Virus record (IMG/VR): IMGVR_UViG_3300043447_000514 | Coordinates: 1 to 35,044 of that record | DNA: 35,044 nt | Source of the DNA: a virus | Lineage: Duplodnaviria; Caudoviricetes | Direction: 5' to 3' (one strand) | In this document: piece by piece, positions 1 through 9,678 of the stretch | Layout of the letters: each line of letters begins with the position of its first letter | How positions within the stretch are numbered: position 1 is the stretch's first letter | The notes under the pieces: model-generated | Seen by the model: the letters and a program-made list of their open reading frames with translations, nothing else | Told to the model about the DNA's origin: nothing | The model's database searches: none | Translations under genes and position numbers: made by a program

Positions 1-190
1 CGGTTCTGCTCCCCGACATAGGTGCCGAGCCTGCCTACCGCGACCGCCGATTCGACAACCTGTACGAGCACGCGATCCGCGTCCTCCACGAATACCAGCA
101 AGACGGCGACGACCCCGGCGCCATCGCCGCCGCAGCCCGCATCGTCGGCTACGCCGAAGCCATCGAAGGAGACACCGAATGAGCGACGAG
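1..190. repeat. Terminal direct repeat, left copy (circular assembly overlap)
   Basis: 1-190 identical to 34855-35044 except T63 vs C34917. Confidence 0.97.
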
Positions 191-460
191 CACGACGGCT
201 GCTGCTCCCACTGCAACGGCGGCAACGCGCTTCCCGGCTGCACAGACCTGGCCCACATCGCCGGGCCGGACGGCGAGATCGGCTACCTCGCCTGGTGGCG
301 CAACCGCCGCTGCCCCGCCTGCGCCGAGGCCGAGCGCATCGCCGCCTGGTGCGACGGCCGCGCGCTCGACGAGTCCGACGATCCGCTCAAGGGCGAGGGC
401 GGGGATGGCGCCCTCCGCGCCTACACCCTCGTGGCCGACTACGCCAGGGGGCGGTCATGA
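179..460 (+). CDS. Hypothetical protein with CxxC motifs
   Basis: ATG after GAAGGAG; ATGA coupling at both ends; CSHC and CPAC motifs. Confidence 0.75.
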   Translation: MSDEHDGCCSHCNGGNALPGCTDLAHIAGPDGEIGYLAWWRNRRCPACAEAERIAAWCDGRALDESDDPLKGEGGDGALRAYTLVADYARGRS

Positions 461-777
461 GCGACCCCGGCCTGTACGACCACCTCGGCCTCACCGCCAA
501 AGCCGCCGAGTGCCCCAACGGCGGCGCCATCGTCCAGGCGTGCATGTCCCTGGCGCACATGCTGCTGGAGAAGAACCTCCGCTACGGCAACTCGGCGCTG
601 GACCCGGTGCGGGTGTTCTCCACCGCCAGTCCCGTGGAGCAGCTGCGCGTCCGCATGGACGACAAGCTCTCGCGCCTGCGGACCGCCGCCCCCGGCGACG
701 ACGAGGACGCGCTGTGGGACCTGGCCGGCTACCTGATCCTGCTCCGCATCGCCGAGGCGCCGGACGGCGGCGAGTGA
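457..777 (+). CDS. DUF1599/Nmad1-like (nucleotide-modification-associated, MazG-like helical) protein
   Basis: Motifs EKNLRYGNS, RMDDKLSRL, DEDALWDLAGYLIL; ATGA overlap at 457. Confidence 0.7.
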   Translation: MSDPGLYDHLGLTAKAAECPNGGAIVQACMSLAHMLLEKNLRYGNSALDPVRVFSTASPVEQLRVRMDDKLSRLRTAAPGDDEDALWDLAGYLILLRIAEAPDGGE

Positions 778-1442
778 TCCTGTGCCCCATGCCGCGCCAC
801 GCCGCGCGGCCCGCCCGGCCCGAGGACGGGTTCGTGCTGTGCGGCTGCCGCATCCCCGACGGCTCGGGCCGGTCGGCGTGGACGGGCTGCCTCGGGCGGC
901 TGCGCGACGACCTGTGCCAGCTGGCCGACCTCCTCGGGGTGCTCGACGAGCTGATGGTCACCCCGGCGCCCGTGGACGGCAACGACCGCCGCGCGGCGCG
1001 CACCGACGCGCCCGCGCCCTGCCGGCTCGACGTGCTCGACCTGTGCGACCCGCGCTCGGACACCCCGGCGCTGCACACCGTGGACACGTGGGCGCTGCTC
1101 GTGGCGCAGGAGCTGCGCACGGCGGCGCTGCCGGGGACGACCGCCGAGCGGGCGCGGTGGCTCGCGGGGCAGGCCGAATGGCTGGCCCGGCACCCCGCGG
1201 CCGACGAGGCCGCCGCCGACCTCGGCCAGGCGCGCAGGTGGGTGGCCGCGGCCGCCGGCCTGGGGCCGCGCCCCCCGCTGTTCGCGTGCCCGGTGGTGTG
1301 GCCCGACGGCGACGGGGACCGCGAGTGCGGCGGCCCGGTGCTGCCGATGGTGTGGGCGTTCGGCGCCCGGTGCGCGCGGTGCGGCAGCGAGTGGGACGGG
1401 GCCGCGGAGATGCGCCGGCTCGGCCTCATCCGGTCCGGGTGA
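774..1442 (+). CDS. Conserved actinophage Cys-rich protein, possible late transcription regulator
   Basis: GTGA overlap at 774; C-terminal CP..C..CARC zinc ribbon; typical position just before HNH/terminase. Confidence 0.6.
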   Translation: MILCPMPRHAARPARPEDGFVLCGCRIPDGSGRSAWTGCLGRLRDDLCQLADLLGVLDELMVTPAPVDGNDRRAARTDAPAPCRLDVLDLCDPRSDTPALHTVDTWALLVAQELRTAALPGTTAERARWLAGQAEWLARHPAADEAAADLGQARRWVAAAAGLGPRPPLFACPVVWPDGDGDRECGGPVLPMVWAFGARCARCGSEWDGAAEMRRLGLIRSG

Positions 1443-1478
1443 ACGGGGGTTGCGCGGGCGCGCGGGACGTGCCACCAT

Positions 1479-1820
1479 ATGCGCATACGGGGCGTGTCCA
1501 AGTCCGCCCCAGCCCTGGCCCCCCGGGTGGCTGACCCGCGCAAGTCGCGCCGCTACCAGGAGCTGCGCGCCGAGTTCCTCGCCACCCACGAGCCGATCTG
1601 CCACTGGTGCGGCGTGCGGGTGTACGCGGCCGCGCCGGCCAGCCACCCGCTCAAGGCCACGACGGATCACCTCGTCGAGGTGGAGACCGCGCCGCACCTG
1701 GCGCTGGACACGTCGCTGTGGGTCGTGTCGTGCCTCGGATGCAACTCCTCGCGCGGCGCGAGGTTCGGCAACGCGCGGCGCGCGGGCCGATCGTCGCCGC
1801 CGCCGTCGCGCGACTGGTGA
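1479..1820 (+). CDS. HNH endonuclease (packaging-associated)
   Basis: CHWC...TTDHLVE...SCLGCNSSRG; upstream of TerS; true start may be a downstream GTG. Confidence 0.88.
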   Translation: MRIRGVSKSAPALAPRVADPRKSRRYQELRAEFLATHEPICHWCGVRVYAAAPASHPLKATTDHLVEVETAPHLALDTSLWVVSCLGCNSSRGARFGNARRAGRSSPPPSRDW

Positions 1821-1915
1821 CGCTCCGTGATTTTTTTTGGGTCGGCGCGCGTCGTCGACCGCGCCCCCTTCCTCGTTTCTCTCCCCGTGAAACCCTTTTA
1901 CTCCCCGGAGCCCCC
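1821..1915. other. Probable cos/packaging initiation region
   Basis: Non-coding gap between HNH and TerS with T8 run and pyrimidine-rich tract, the usual cos location in HNH-TerS HK97-like phages. Confidence 0.5.
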
Positions 1916-2311
1916 ATGGCAGCATCCTGCGCCGCCTGCGGCGGCCCGCTCCCGCCGCCGGGGCGCGGCCGGCCGCGCACGAAGTGCCTGCGCTGCGCGC
2001 CCCCGCGCCGGTCCCGGGCGCCGTCGCCGGCACCCGCCGCCGAGCCCGCCCACGGCAGCGCCGGGGGCATCGTCGGCGCGGTGCGCCGCGAGCTGGGCGC
2101 GGCGGGCCGGCTGGACACCTCCTTGGGCCTCGCGGCGGTGGCCCTGGCCGAGCGCATCGCCGACGGCGAGGACCGCGGCAGCGCGCTGGCCGCCCTGGTC
2201 AAGCAGCTGGGCGCGACGATGGCCGACGCGCTGCGCAACGCCGCCGTGGAGGGCGACGAGGTCGACGAGCTGCGCGAGCGGCGCGCCCGCCGCGCCGCCG
2301 CCGATGCTTAA
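1916..2311 (+). CDS. terS: Terminase small subunit
   Basis: ATG after GGAG; N-terminal CxxC..CxxC; C-terminal DEVDELRERRARR typical of actinophage TerS; overlaps TerL start. Confidence 0.8.
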   Translation: MAASCAACGGPLPPPGRGRPRTKCLRCAPPRRSRAPSPAPAAEPAHGSAGGIVGAVRRELGAAGRLDTSLGLAAVALAERIADGEDRGSALAALVKQLGATMADALRNAAVEGDEVDELRERRARRAAADA

Positions 2312-3722
2312 GCCGCCGACCTGGTCGCACCTGGTCGACGCGTCGACGACGTACGGCGGGGAGGTCGCCGAGCTGTCCTCGCTGGCCGGCCTGGCGCCGG
2401 ACCCGGAGCAGCGCCTGGTCCTGGACCAGGTGTTCGCCGAGCGGGCGCCGGGACGGCCCGCGGCGTTCGAGGTCGGGCTGGTCGCCCCCCGGCAGAACCT
2501 CAAGACCGGGACGTTCAAGATGTCGGCGCTGGGCTGGCTGTTCCTGCTGGACCAGCCCCTGGTGATCTGGTCGGCGCACGAGTTCGGCACCGCGCAAGAG
2601 GCATTCCGCGACATGTGCCAGCTCATCGAGGGATGCCCGTCGCTGGACCGCAAGGTCCGGTCGATCTCGCGCGGCAACGGCGACGAGGGCATCGAGCTGC
2701 TCAACGGCTGCCGGCTGAAGTTCAAGGCGCGCACCAAGTCCGGCGGCCGCGGCCTGACCGGCGACAAGGTCGTGCTCGACGAGGCGTTCGCGCTGCAGCC
2801 GGCCATGATGGGCGCGCTGCTGCCGACGATGACCACCCGCCCCGGCGCCCAGGTGCTGTACGGGTCCAGCGCGGGCACGGTCAACTCCGCCGTGCTGCGC
2901 GGCATCCGCGACAAGGGCCGCGCCGGGGCGTCGCGGCTGCTGGCCTACCTGGAGTGGGGCGACCCCGACCCCGGCGGCTGCGAGGTCGACGGGTGCGAGC
3001 ACGCCCAGGGGGCGCCCGGGTGCGCGCTGGACGACAGGGCGCGCTGGCGCCGCGCCATGCCGGCGCTGGGCCGCCGCTTCGACGAGGACGTGATCGAGGC
3101 GTTCCGCGCCTCGGGCATGCCGCCGGCGGAGTTCGCCCGCGAGTTCCTGGGCTGGTGGGACGAGCCCGTGCGCGGATCGGTCGAGCTGACCGGCGCGCAG
3201 TGGGCCGAGCTGCTCACCGGCGCCGGGCCGTCCGGGGAGGTGTCCCTGGCCGCCGACGTGGCGCCCAACGGCACCTGGGCGTCGATCGTCGCGTGCGGCG
3301 GCGGCGTCGTGGAGCTGGTGGAGCACCGCCGCGGCGCCGGATGGCTGCCCGGGCGGCTGGCCGAGGTCATGGCCCGCCAGGACATCCGCGAGGTCGCGAT
3401 CGACCCGGCCGGGCCGATCGGGTCGCTGCTGCCGGACCTGGAGCGCGCCGGCGTCGACGTGCACCTGCTCGACGGGCGCGACGCGGTGCGCGCCTGCGGG
3501 GCGATGCACGCCGCCGTGGTGGAGCGCACCGTGTCCCACCGCGGGGAGCCCGCGCTGCTCGCCGCGATCGGAGGGGCCTCGCGCCGCGCCGTCGGCGACG
3601 GCTGGAAATGGTCGCGGAAGGACTCCACCGTCGACGTGTCGCCGCTGGTGGCCGCGACCTACGCGCACTGGATGTGGCTGGGCCGCGCCGTCGCCTACGA
3701 CGTCCTGGACTCGGCCTGGTGA
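2304..3722 (+). CDS. terL: Terminase large subunit
   Basis: Walker A-like PRQNLKT, SAH motif, GGRGLTGDKVVLDEA (Walker B), YGSSAG, FAREFLGWW, nuclease DVSPLVAAT. Confidence 0.95.
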   Translation: MLKPPTWSHLVDASTTYGGEVAELSSLAGLAPDPEQRLVLDQVFAERAPGRPAAFEVGLVAPRQNLKTGTFKMSALGWLFLLDQPLVIWSAHEFGTAQEAFRDMCQLIEGCPSLDRKVRSISRGNGDEGIELLNGCRLKFKARTKSGGRGLTGDKVVLDEAFALQPAMMGALLPTMTTRPGAQVLYGSSAGTVNSAVLRGIRDKGRAGASRLLAYLEWGDPDPGGCEVDGCEHAQGAPGCALDDRARWRRAMPALGRRFDEDVIEAFRASGMPPAEFAREFLGWWDEPVRGSVELTGAQWAELLTGAGPSGEVSLAADVAPNGTWASIVACGGGVVELVEHRRGAGWLPGRLAEVMARQDIREVAIDPAGPIGSLLPDLERAGVDVHLLDGRDAVRACGAMHAAVVERTVSHRGEPALLAAIGGASRRAVGDGWKWSRKDSTVDVSPLVAATYAHWMWLGRAVAYDVLDSAW

Positions 3723-3744
3723 ACCACACGACCTTGGAGGCTCG

Positions 3745-3948
3745 GTGCTCGACGTTGTGACGACGGCCCTGGAAGTCGCGGCCATCCTGTGCGCCGCCAT
3801 CGGCGCGGCCCTGGCCGCGGCCTCCGCGTTCGGGGGGCTGCTCGGCGCCGGCGTCGGGTTCGCCGTGGCCTCCGCGGTGCTGGCCGCAGCATCGTGGCTG
3901 GTGCTGGCCGCCGGCGACGGCCGCGGCGACGGGCCGGACGCGCGGTGA
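3745..3948 (+). CDS. Small membrane protein between TerL and portal
   Basis: GGAGG RBS; two hydrophobic segments; GTGA overlap with portal. Confidence 0.7.
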   Translation: MLDVVTTALEVAAILCAAIGAALAAASAFGGLLGAGVGFAVASAVLAAASWLVLAAGDGRGDGPDAR

Positions 3949-5126
3949 GCCTCTTCCGCCGCCGCAATGCCGACCTCGGCGCGTTCGCCGACCCGCGCTT
4001 CCCTCCGCCCAACCGGGCGCTCGGGCTGCTCGGCGACGGCGCCCGGGACCGGGCGCTGCGCGTGTCGGCGGTGTGGGCGTGCCTGCGGCTGCGCGCCGAC
4101 CTGATCTCGACGCTGCCCGTGGACGTGTACCGCAGGGTGGAGGGCCGCGCCGTGGAGGTGCCCCGCCCGCCGGTGCTCACCCACCCGTCGTCCATGCACC
4201 CGCTGCTCAACGAGTGGCTGTACGCCACCCAGATGGACCTCGACCGCTACGGCAACGCGTTCGGCCGGATCGTCGCCCGCGACGGCGCCGGGCGCCCCAT
4301 GCAGATCGAGCCGTACCCGGCCGCGGAGTGGTCCGTGCGCCACGACCGCGCCACCGGCGCGGTCACCTACCGCCACCTCGGCCAGGCCGTGGACAGCGCT
4401 GACGTGTGGCACGAGCGGCAGTACTCGGTGCCCGGCGTCCCGGTGGGCCTCTCGCCCGTCGCGGCCGCCGCCATGACCCTGGCGCACAACTTGAGCGCAC
4501 AGGAGTTCGCCCTGACCTGGTTCACCGCCGGCGCCCAGCCCACCGGGATGCTGAAGAACACCTCGCGGACGGTGTCCGCCGCCGACGCCGCCGTCGTCAA
4601 GGAGCGCTTCGCCGCCGCGACGGCCGAGCGCGGCGTGTTCGTCGCCGGCGCCGACTGGGACTACCAGCCCGGCGCCGCAGCCGCCTCCGACGCCCGCTTC
4701 CTCGACGCGATGGGCACCACCTCGGGCGACGTGTGCCGCTACCTCGGGGTGCCCGGCGACATGGTGGACGTCGCCTCGGACTCGGCCTCGGCGGTGACCT
4801 ACGCCAACGTGACCCAGCGCAACCTGCAGCTGCTCACCCTCAACCTCGGCCCCGCCATCACCAGGCGCGAGCTGACGTTCTCCGACCGGCTCGTCGCCGC
4901 GCCCCGGTTCGTGAAGTTCAACGCCGACGCGATGCTGCGCATGGACGCCCGCGCGAAGGCCGAGCTGCTCGGCCTGGGCGTGGACAAGCGGCTGCGCACC
5001 CCCGACGAGGCGCGCGCCCTGCTCGACCTGCCACCCCTGGCCGAGGCGGACTACGCCCAGTTCGACCGGCTGTTCGGCGCGACGAAGCAGCCGCCCGGAT
5101 CCAAGACGACGGGAGCCCCCGCATGA
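3945..5126 (+). CDS. HK97-family portal protein
   Basis: ALRVSAVWACLRLRADLISTLP, YGNAF, GLSPV, GVP, TYAN, TPDEARALLDLPPL motifs. Confidence 0.95.
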   Translation: MSLFRRRNADLGAFADPRFPPPNRALGLLGDGARDRALRVSAVWACLRLRADLISTLPVDVYRRVEGRAVEVPRPPVLTHPSSMHPLLNEWLYATQMDLDRYGNAFGRIVARDGAGRPMQIEPYPAAEWSVRHDRATGAVTYRHLGQAVDSADVWHERQYSVPGVPVGLSPVAAAAMTLAHNLSAQEFALTWFTAGAQPTGMLKNTSRTVSAADAAVVKERFAAATAERGVFVAGADWDYQPGAAAASDARFLDAMGTTSGDVCRYLGVPGDMVDVASDSASAVTYANVTQRNLQLLTLNLGPAITRRELTFSDRLVAAPRFVKFNADAMLRMDARAKAELLGLGVDKRLRTPDEARALLDLPPLAEADYAQFDRLFGATKQPPGSKTTGAPA

Positions 5127-5827
5127 CCCACCGCACCGACGCCGCCGCCGCCCGCGCCGCCGGCGTCGCCCAGCGCTCCCACCGGCCGTCCCAGCGCAGG
5201 GCCGCCGAGGGCGCACCCCCCGCGCGCCCGGGCGCATCGTTCCGGTCCCGGCTGTCGATCAGCCGCGCGGCGGCCCTGGACCCCGAGTCCCCCGCCGAGG
5301 ACGCCGGGGAGGACCCCGGCGCGGATGCCGCGCTGCGCTTCGACGGGTACGCCACCGTGTACGAGCAGCCCTACGAGATGTGGGACTACTACGGCCCCTA
5401 CCAGGAGGTGGTGTCCGTCGGGGCGGCCGCGGAGACGCTGGCCAACCCGGTGCTGGACTGCCCGCTCGTCCTCGGGCACGACCAGCTGCGCCGCATCGCC
5501 CGCACCACCAACGGCACCCTGGAGCTGACCGACGACCCCACCGGCCTGCGGGTCCGCGCCGTGCTCGACCCCGAGGACGAGGACGTCGACTACATCGCCC
5601 CGAAGATCGCCGCCGGGCTCGTCGACGAGATGTCGTTCTGCTTCCGCATCACCGCCGGCTCCTGGTCACCGGACTACACCGAGTACCGGATCGACCGGTT
5701 CGACCTGCACCGCGGCGACGTCGCCATCGTCGGCTACGGCGCCAACCCGGCGACCAGCTCCGGGCTGCGCTCGGCGCGCACCGCCGCCGACGCGCGGGTG
5801 CGCCTCGCCCTCGCCGCGGCCCTGTAG
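5123..5827 (+). CDS. HK97-family prohead maturation protease
   Basis: FDGYATVY, GHD, GTLELTDDPTGL, EMSFCF, DVAIVGYGANPAT. Confidence 0.92.
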   Translation: MTHRTDAAAARAAGVAQRSHRPSQRRAAEGAPPARPGASFRSRLSISRAAALDPESPAEDAGEDPGADAALRFDGYATVYEQPYEMWDYYGPYQEVVSVGAAAETLANPVLDCPLVLGHDQLRRIARTTNGTLELTDDPTGLRVRAVLDPEDEDVDYIAPKIAAGLVDEMSFCFRITAGSWSPDYTEYRIDRFDLHRGDVAIVGYGANPATSSGLRSARTAADARVRLALAAAL

Positions 5828-5930
5828 CCGCACACCCGACCCCGCGCGGCGCCCGCCGCGCGGCCCGCCGCTCGCTCGCGACCGCGCCAGACCAGCGGAC
5901 ACCCACCACCCACCCGAGAAAGGCACCACC

Positions 5931-7292
5931 ATGACGCTAGAGCAGCTCCTGGCAGCCGCCGAGGCACAGCTGCGGTCGCTCCTGGACGACCGGGCCGCGC
6001 GCACGCAGTCCCTCGCCGAGATGCGCGACGCCGCCGAGGCCCCGCCCCTGTCCGACGTCGACGCCGCCATCGCCGCGCGCGACGCGCTGGACCCGCAGAT
6101 CGACGCGGCCCGCGCCCGCGTCGACGAGCTGCGCGCCGAGGCCGACCGCGACGCCGCGGCCGCCGAGCTCGCCCGCACCCTCGGCGACGCCCCCGCCGCG
6201 CGGGGCACCGCGTCGGTCAGCGTCGCCTCCGAGCCCGACACGTACCGCCGCGACGGCGAGCACTCCTACTTCCGCGACCTGTACCAGGCGCAGAAGCTGG
6301 GCCGGGCCGACGCCTACGAGCGCCTCGACCGCGACCGCGCCGCCCGCGCCGTCGGCACCGCCGACGGCGGCATCGGCGAGTTCGTCCCCCCGGCGTGGCT
6401 CATCGACGAGTTCGAGCCGCTCGCGCGCGCCGGGCGCGTCACCGCCGACCTGCTGCGCCAGGAGGCGCTGCCCCCGGGCACCGACTCCATCAGCCTGCCC
6501 GTCGTCACCGGCGGCACCTCTGTGGCCGAGCAGACCACGCAGGGCAACGCCCTGTCCGAGACCGACATGACGTCGAGCTCGGCGACCGCCGCGGTGGCCA
6601 CCGAGGGCGGCGTCGCCACGAGCAACCTGCAGCTGCTCGAGCAGTCGCCGATCCAGATCGACACGGTCATCTTCCAGGACCTGGCCAACGCGCACGCCGT
6701 GGCCGTGGACACCTTCACCCTGGCGAACAACGCCACGGGCAAGAAGGGCCTGCTCTCCGTCACCGGCATCAACGCGGTGACCTACACCGACGCCTCCCCG
6801 ACGGTGCCCGAGCTGTGGCCGAAGCTGATCGACGCCAAGCGGCAGATCCACAAGGGCCGCTTCCTGCCCGCCACCCACGTCATCATGCACCCCGACCGGT
6901 GGGCGTGGTTCGAGGCGCAGCTCGACGCCAACGGGCGGCCCTACGTCTCCGACGGGCTGTCCACGGCGCTGCCGCTGCTCGGGATCAGCGACGCCAACGT
7001 CCCGGAGGGCTACGCCGGCACGATCCGCGGCATCAGCCTGCCGGTGCACCTCGACGCCAACGTGCCGGTCAACCTGGGCACCGGCACCAACGAGGACCGC
7101 ATCATCTTCCTGCGCGCCTCGGACTCCACCCTGTACTCCTCCGCGCCGCGCGCCGAGGTGTTCCGCGAGACCAAGTCCAAGGAGGCGCAGGTCGTGTTCC
7201 GCCTGTACTCCTACCTGGCGCTCATGTCCGCCCGCGCCCCCAAGTCGATCTCGGTGATCTCCGGGACCGGCCTGGCCGCGCCGACGTTCTAG
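5931..7292 (+). CDS. Major capsid protein (HK97 fold with N-terminal coiled-coil delta domain)
   Basis: GAAAGG RBS; coiled-coil N-terminus; GGIGEFVPP, VIMHP..W, DANGRP, DANVP motifs. Confidence 0.95.
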   Translation: MTLEQLLAAAEAQLRSLLDDRAARTQSLAEMRDAAEAPPLSDVDAAIAARDALDPQIDAARARVDELRAEADRDAAAAELARTLGDAPAARGTASVSVASEPDTYRRDGEHSYFRDLYQAQKLGRADAYERLDRDRAARAVGTADGGIGEFVPPAWLIDEFEPLARAGRVTADLLRQEALPPGTDSISLPVVTGGTSVAEQTTQGNALSETDMTSSSATAAVATEGGVATSNLQLLEQSPIQIDTVIFQDLANAHAVAVDTFTLANNATGKKGLLSVTGINAVTYTDASPTVPELWPKLIDAKRQIHKGRFLPATHVIMHPDRWAWFEAQLDANGRPYVSDGLSTALPLLGISDANVPEGYAGTIRGISLPVHLDANVPVNLGTGTNEDRIIFLRASDSTLYSSAPRAEVFRETKSKEAQVVFRLYSYLALMSARAPKSISVISGTGLAAPTF

Positions 7293-7298
7293 CCGGCC

Positions 7299-7337
7299 CC
7301 GCCGGCGCGCACGCGGGAGACCCGTGCGCGCCGGCGG
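7299..7337 (+). terminator. GC hairpin after capsid gene
   Basis: 15-bp perfect stem CCGCCGGCGCGCACG/CGTGCGCGCCGGCGG; no U-tract. Confidence 0.55.
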
Positions 7338-7362
7338 CACCACCACAGCAGAAGGGACCACC

Positions 7363-7575
7363 ATGGACACCGACGAGGCCACCGCCGCCCCGGGCTCCGG
7401 GGTGCTCGCGGCGCTGGCCGCCGAGCGCGACGCCTACCTGGGCCGCGGCCGCGACGACCGCGCCGCGCAGGCCCAGGCCCAGATCGACGCCCTCGCCGGC
7501 GCCGGGGCCGAGCGCGCCGCACAGCCCGCCAAGGCCGCCCGCGCCAAGGCCGGCCGCCAGACCCGGAGCGCATGA
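7363..7575 (+). CDS. Small hypothetical head-region protein
   Basis: GAAGGG RBS; ALAAERDAY..GR..RAAQ pattern common after actinophage capsid genes. Confidence 0.75.
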   Translation: MDTDEATAAPGSGVLAALAAERDAYLGRGRDDRAAQAQAQIDALAGAGAERAAQPAKAARAKAGRQTRSA

Positions 7576-7742
7576 TGGCCGGTGCCGCCTGGGGCAGCTA
7601 CGCCGCCGTCGGCACCCTGTACCCCACCTACGCCGACCTCGCCGCCGCCGCGGCGACCTACGCCGACGCCGGGTTCGTGCCCGTCGCGACGATGGCCGCG
7701 GCCTCCCCCGCGCCGACCGCGGCGACGATGGGCCCGGGCTGA
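7572..7742 (+). CDS. 56-aa hypothetical protein (not in ORF track)
   Basis: MMAGAAWGSYAAVGTLYPTYADLAAAAATYADAG...; fills the gap exactly with ATGA and TGATG coupling. Confidence 0.7.
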   Translation: MMAGAAWGSYAAVGTLYPTYADLAAAAATYADAGFVPVATMAAASPAPTAATMGPG

Positions 7743-8524
7743 TGCTCGACGTCGGGGACGTCTACCCCACCGAGGTGGTCGTGCGCTCCGCGGCCGGCCA
7801 GCCCGCCGACGCCACCGCCGTGGCCTGCGCCGTCACCGCCCCCGACGGCACCACCACCCACCCGCCCGTGCAGCACGCGGCGACGGGCACCTACCGCAGC
7901 TCCGTGCTCGTCACCGCGCCGGGCCTGTGGTCGGTCGTGTGGACCTCCACCGGGCTCAACGCCGCGTCCTACGCCGAGTCGTTCGCCGCGCGCGACCCCG
8001 CCGCCGTGCCCGTGGTGTCCCTCGCCGAGGCCAAGGCGTACCTCAACATCGCCGCGGCGGACTCCGACGACGAGCTGCGCGGCTTCATCGACGCCGTCAC
8101 CGCCAAGGGCGAGGAGTTCACCGGGCGGGTGTTCGGCCGGCGCACCGTGTCCGCCGACGTCCGCGGGTCGCGCCGCGGCCCCTTGCAGCTGCCCGTCGGG
8201 CCGGTCCTGTCGATCGTCGGCATCACCGCCGACGGCGAGGCCGTCGACCCCGCCGGCGTCGTCGTCAGCCCCGCCGCGGCCACCCTCACCCGCGCCGCCG
8301 GATGGGACTACGACCGCGTTCAGGTCGTCTACACCGGCGGCTACGCCGTGCAGCCGCCGACCGACGTCATGGGCGCCAAGATGCTGCTCCGCTGGCTGTG
8401 GCAGTCCCAGCGCGGATCGGTGCGCAGGTCCACGGACGGGACGTGGGCGCCCGGCGCGGGCTGGGACATCCCCAACGCCGTCGTCGGGCAGTGGCGCGAC
8501 TCCGCCCTGACGGGGTTCGCGTGA
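7742..8524 (+). CDS. Head-tail adaptor (gp6-like) with N-terminal beta-rich/Ig-like extension
   Basis: VVSLAEAKAYLNI..DDELRGFIDA, LPVGPVLSI, VVYTGGY; N-terminal VTAPDGT..GTY..GLWSVVW. Confidence 0.82.
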   Translation: MLDVGDVYPTEVVVRSAAGQPADATAVACAVTAPDGTTTHPPVQHAATGTYRSSVLVTAPGLWSVVWTSTGLNAASYAESFAARDPAAVPVVSLAEAKAYLNIAAADSDDELRGFIDAVTAKGEEFTGRVFGRRTVSADVRGSRRGPLQLPVGPVLSIVGITADGEAVDPAGVVVSPAAATLTRAAGWDYDRVQVVYTGGYAVQPPTDVMGAKMLLRWLWQSQRGSVRRSTDGTWAPGAGWDIPNAVVGQWRDSALTGFA

Positions 8525-8970
8525 GCACCGCCTGGCCGGCCGTCCTGGCCGCGCTCGTCGCCGCCGCCGGCGACGCCTGCGCCGTCCCCGTCGCGGACGG
8601 CGACATGCTCGACCAGGACCAGCACCCGGCGTGGATCGAGCTGGGCATCACCGTCGGCGAGGACGGCCGCGCGGGCTCGATCGGCGCCCGCCACCACGAC
8701 CTCGGCCGCAGCTCCCCGCCCCGCGCGGAGTCCGGGCGCATCGAGGGCACGATCGTCGCCCAGTCCGGCGACACGGCGCTCGCGCCGGTCCAGGCCGTCG
8801 CGTTCGGAGCGCTCGACGCGCTCGCCGCCGCCGTGCGCGCCAACCCGACCCTCGGCGTCGACGGGGTCCTGTGGGTCGAGGTCGCCGCCGCCGAGGTCTT
8901 CCGCGGGCGCACCTCCGACGGGGCGTTCGTCGAGCTGCGCATCGCCGCCACCTACGAGGCGCTCACATGA
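8521..8970 (+). CDS. Tail terminator/completion protein
   Basis: GTGA coupling; size and position; AVRANPTLG motif. Confidence 0.65.
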   Translation: MSTAWPAVLAALVAAAGDACAVPVADGDMLDQDQHPAWIELGITVGEDGRAGSIGARHHDLGRSSPPRAESGRIEGTIVAQSGDTALAPVQAVAFGALDALAAAVRANPTLGVDGVLWVEVAAAEVFRGRTSDGAFVELRIAATYEALT

Positions 8971-9668
8971 TCGACGTGGACGCCCCGGACCTGCGGCGCA
9001 TCGCAGCCGCGCTGCGCGCCGACATGCCCGAGGCGCTGCCCATCATGCGCGCGCACCTGCGCGAGGCCGCCGACGGCGCCGCGGCCGGGGCCAGGTCCGG
9101 CGCAGCGGGCATCCGGATGGAGACCGTCACCGGCACCAGCCGCACCGTCGCCGACCGGCTGCTGGGACGGCGCGGCACCGACGCCGTGGCCACGGCCGCC
9201 CGCACCGGCGGCGCCACCGCGGCGCGCGCCCGCGTCGGCGCCCGATACACCCGGTCGCTGGCCGAGGCCGTCGCCACCGGCAAGACCGTCGTCAGGACGG
9301 CCAGGCGCTGGGACGCGCTCACCGCCAAGCACCGGCTGCGCGCCCAGATCGCCGCCGGCATCCGCGTGCGCACGACGATCTCGAAGGCCACCGCGGAGGT
9401 CTCCGTGCGCACCAACCAGGCGCCCGCCTTCGTCACCTCCCGCAGCTCGCGGCGCTCCGCGAACAACTACGGCAAGTGGCGCCACCCCGTGTTCGCCTCG
9501 CCCCGGCAGGCCCGCGGGCAGTGTACCTGGGTCGAGCAGCGCATCGCCAACCCCATGTGGTGGGACGACGCCATCGCCCCGCACGCAGCGCGCGCGGAGG
9601 CCGACGTCGGCGCCGCGCTCGACGAATGGGCCGCCCTGGTCCACCACCTCATCGACCGAGCAGCCTGA
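8967..9668 (+). CDS. Neck protein, HK97 gp10-like
   Basis: ATGA coupling; basic; GKWRHPVF motif typical of this family. Confidence 0.6.
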   Translation: MIDVDAPDLRRIAAALRADMPEALPIMRAHLREAADGAAAGARSGAAGIRMETVTGTSRTVADRLLGRRGTDAVATAARTGGATAARARVGARYTRSLAEAVATGKTVVRTARRWDALTAKHRLRAQIAAGIRVRTTISKATAEVSVRTNQAPAFVTSRSSRRSANNYGKWRHPVFASPRQARGQCTWVEQRIANPMWWDDAIAPHAARAEADVGAALDEWAALVHHLIDRAA

Positions 9669-9678
9669 GAGGGGCACC

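Noticed and set aside
1-190. Biological direct terminal repeat
   Set aside because: Falls mid-gene and far from terminase; the HNH-TerS layout suggests cos ends, so more likely an assembly overlap
2480-2510. TerL Walker A variant PRQNLKT as a sign of inactivation
   Set aside because: Catalytic R and K and all other motifs are intact; likely a tolerated variant
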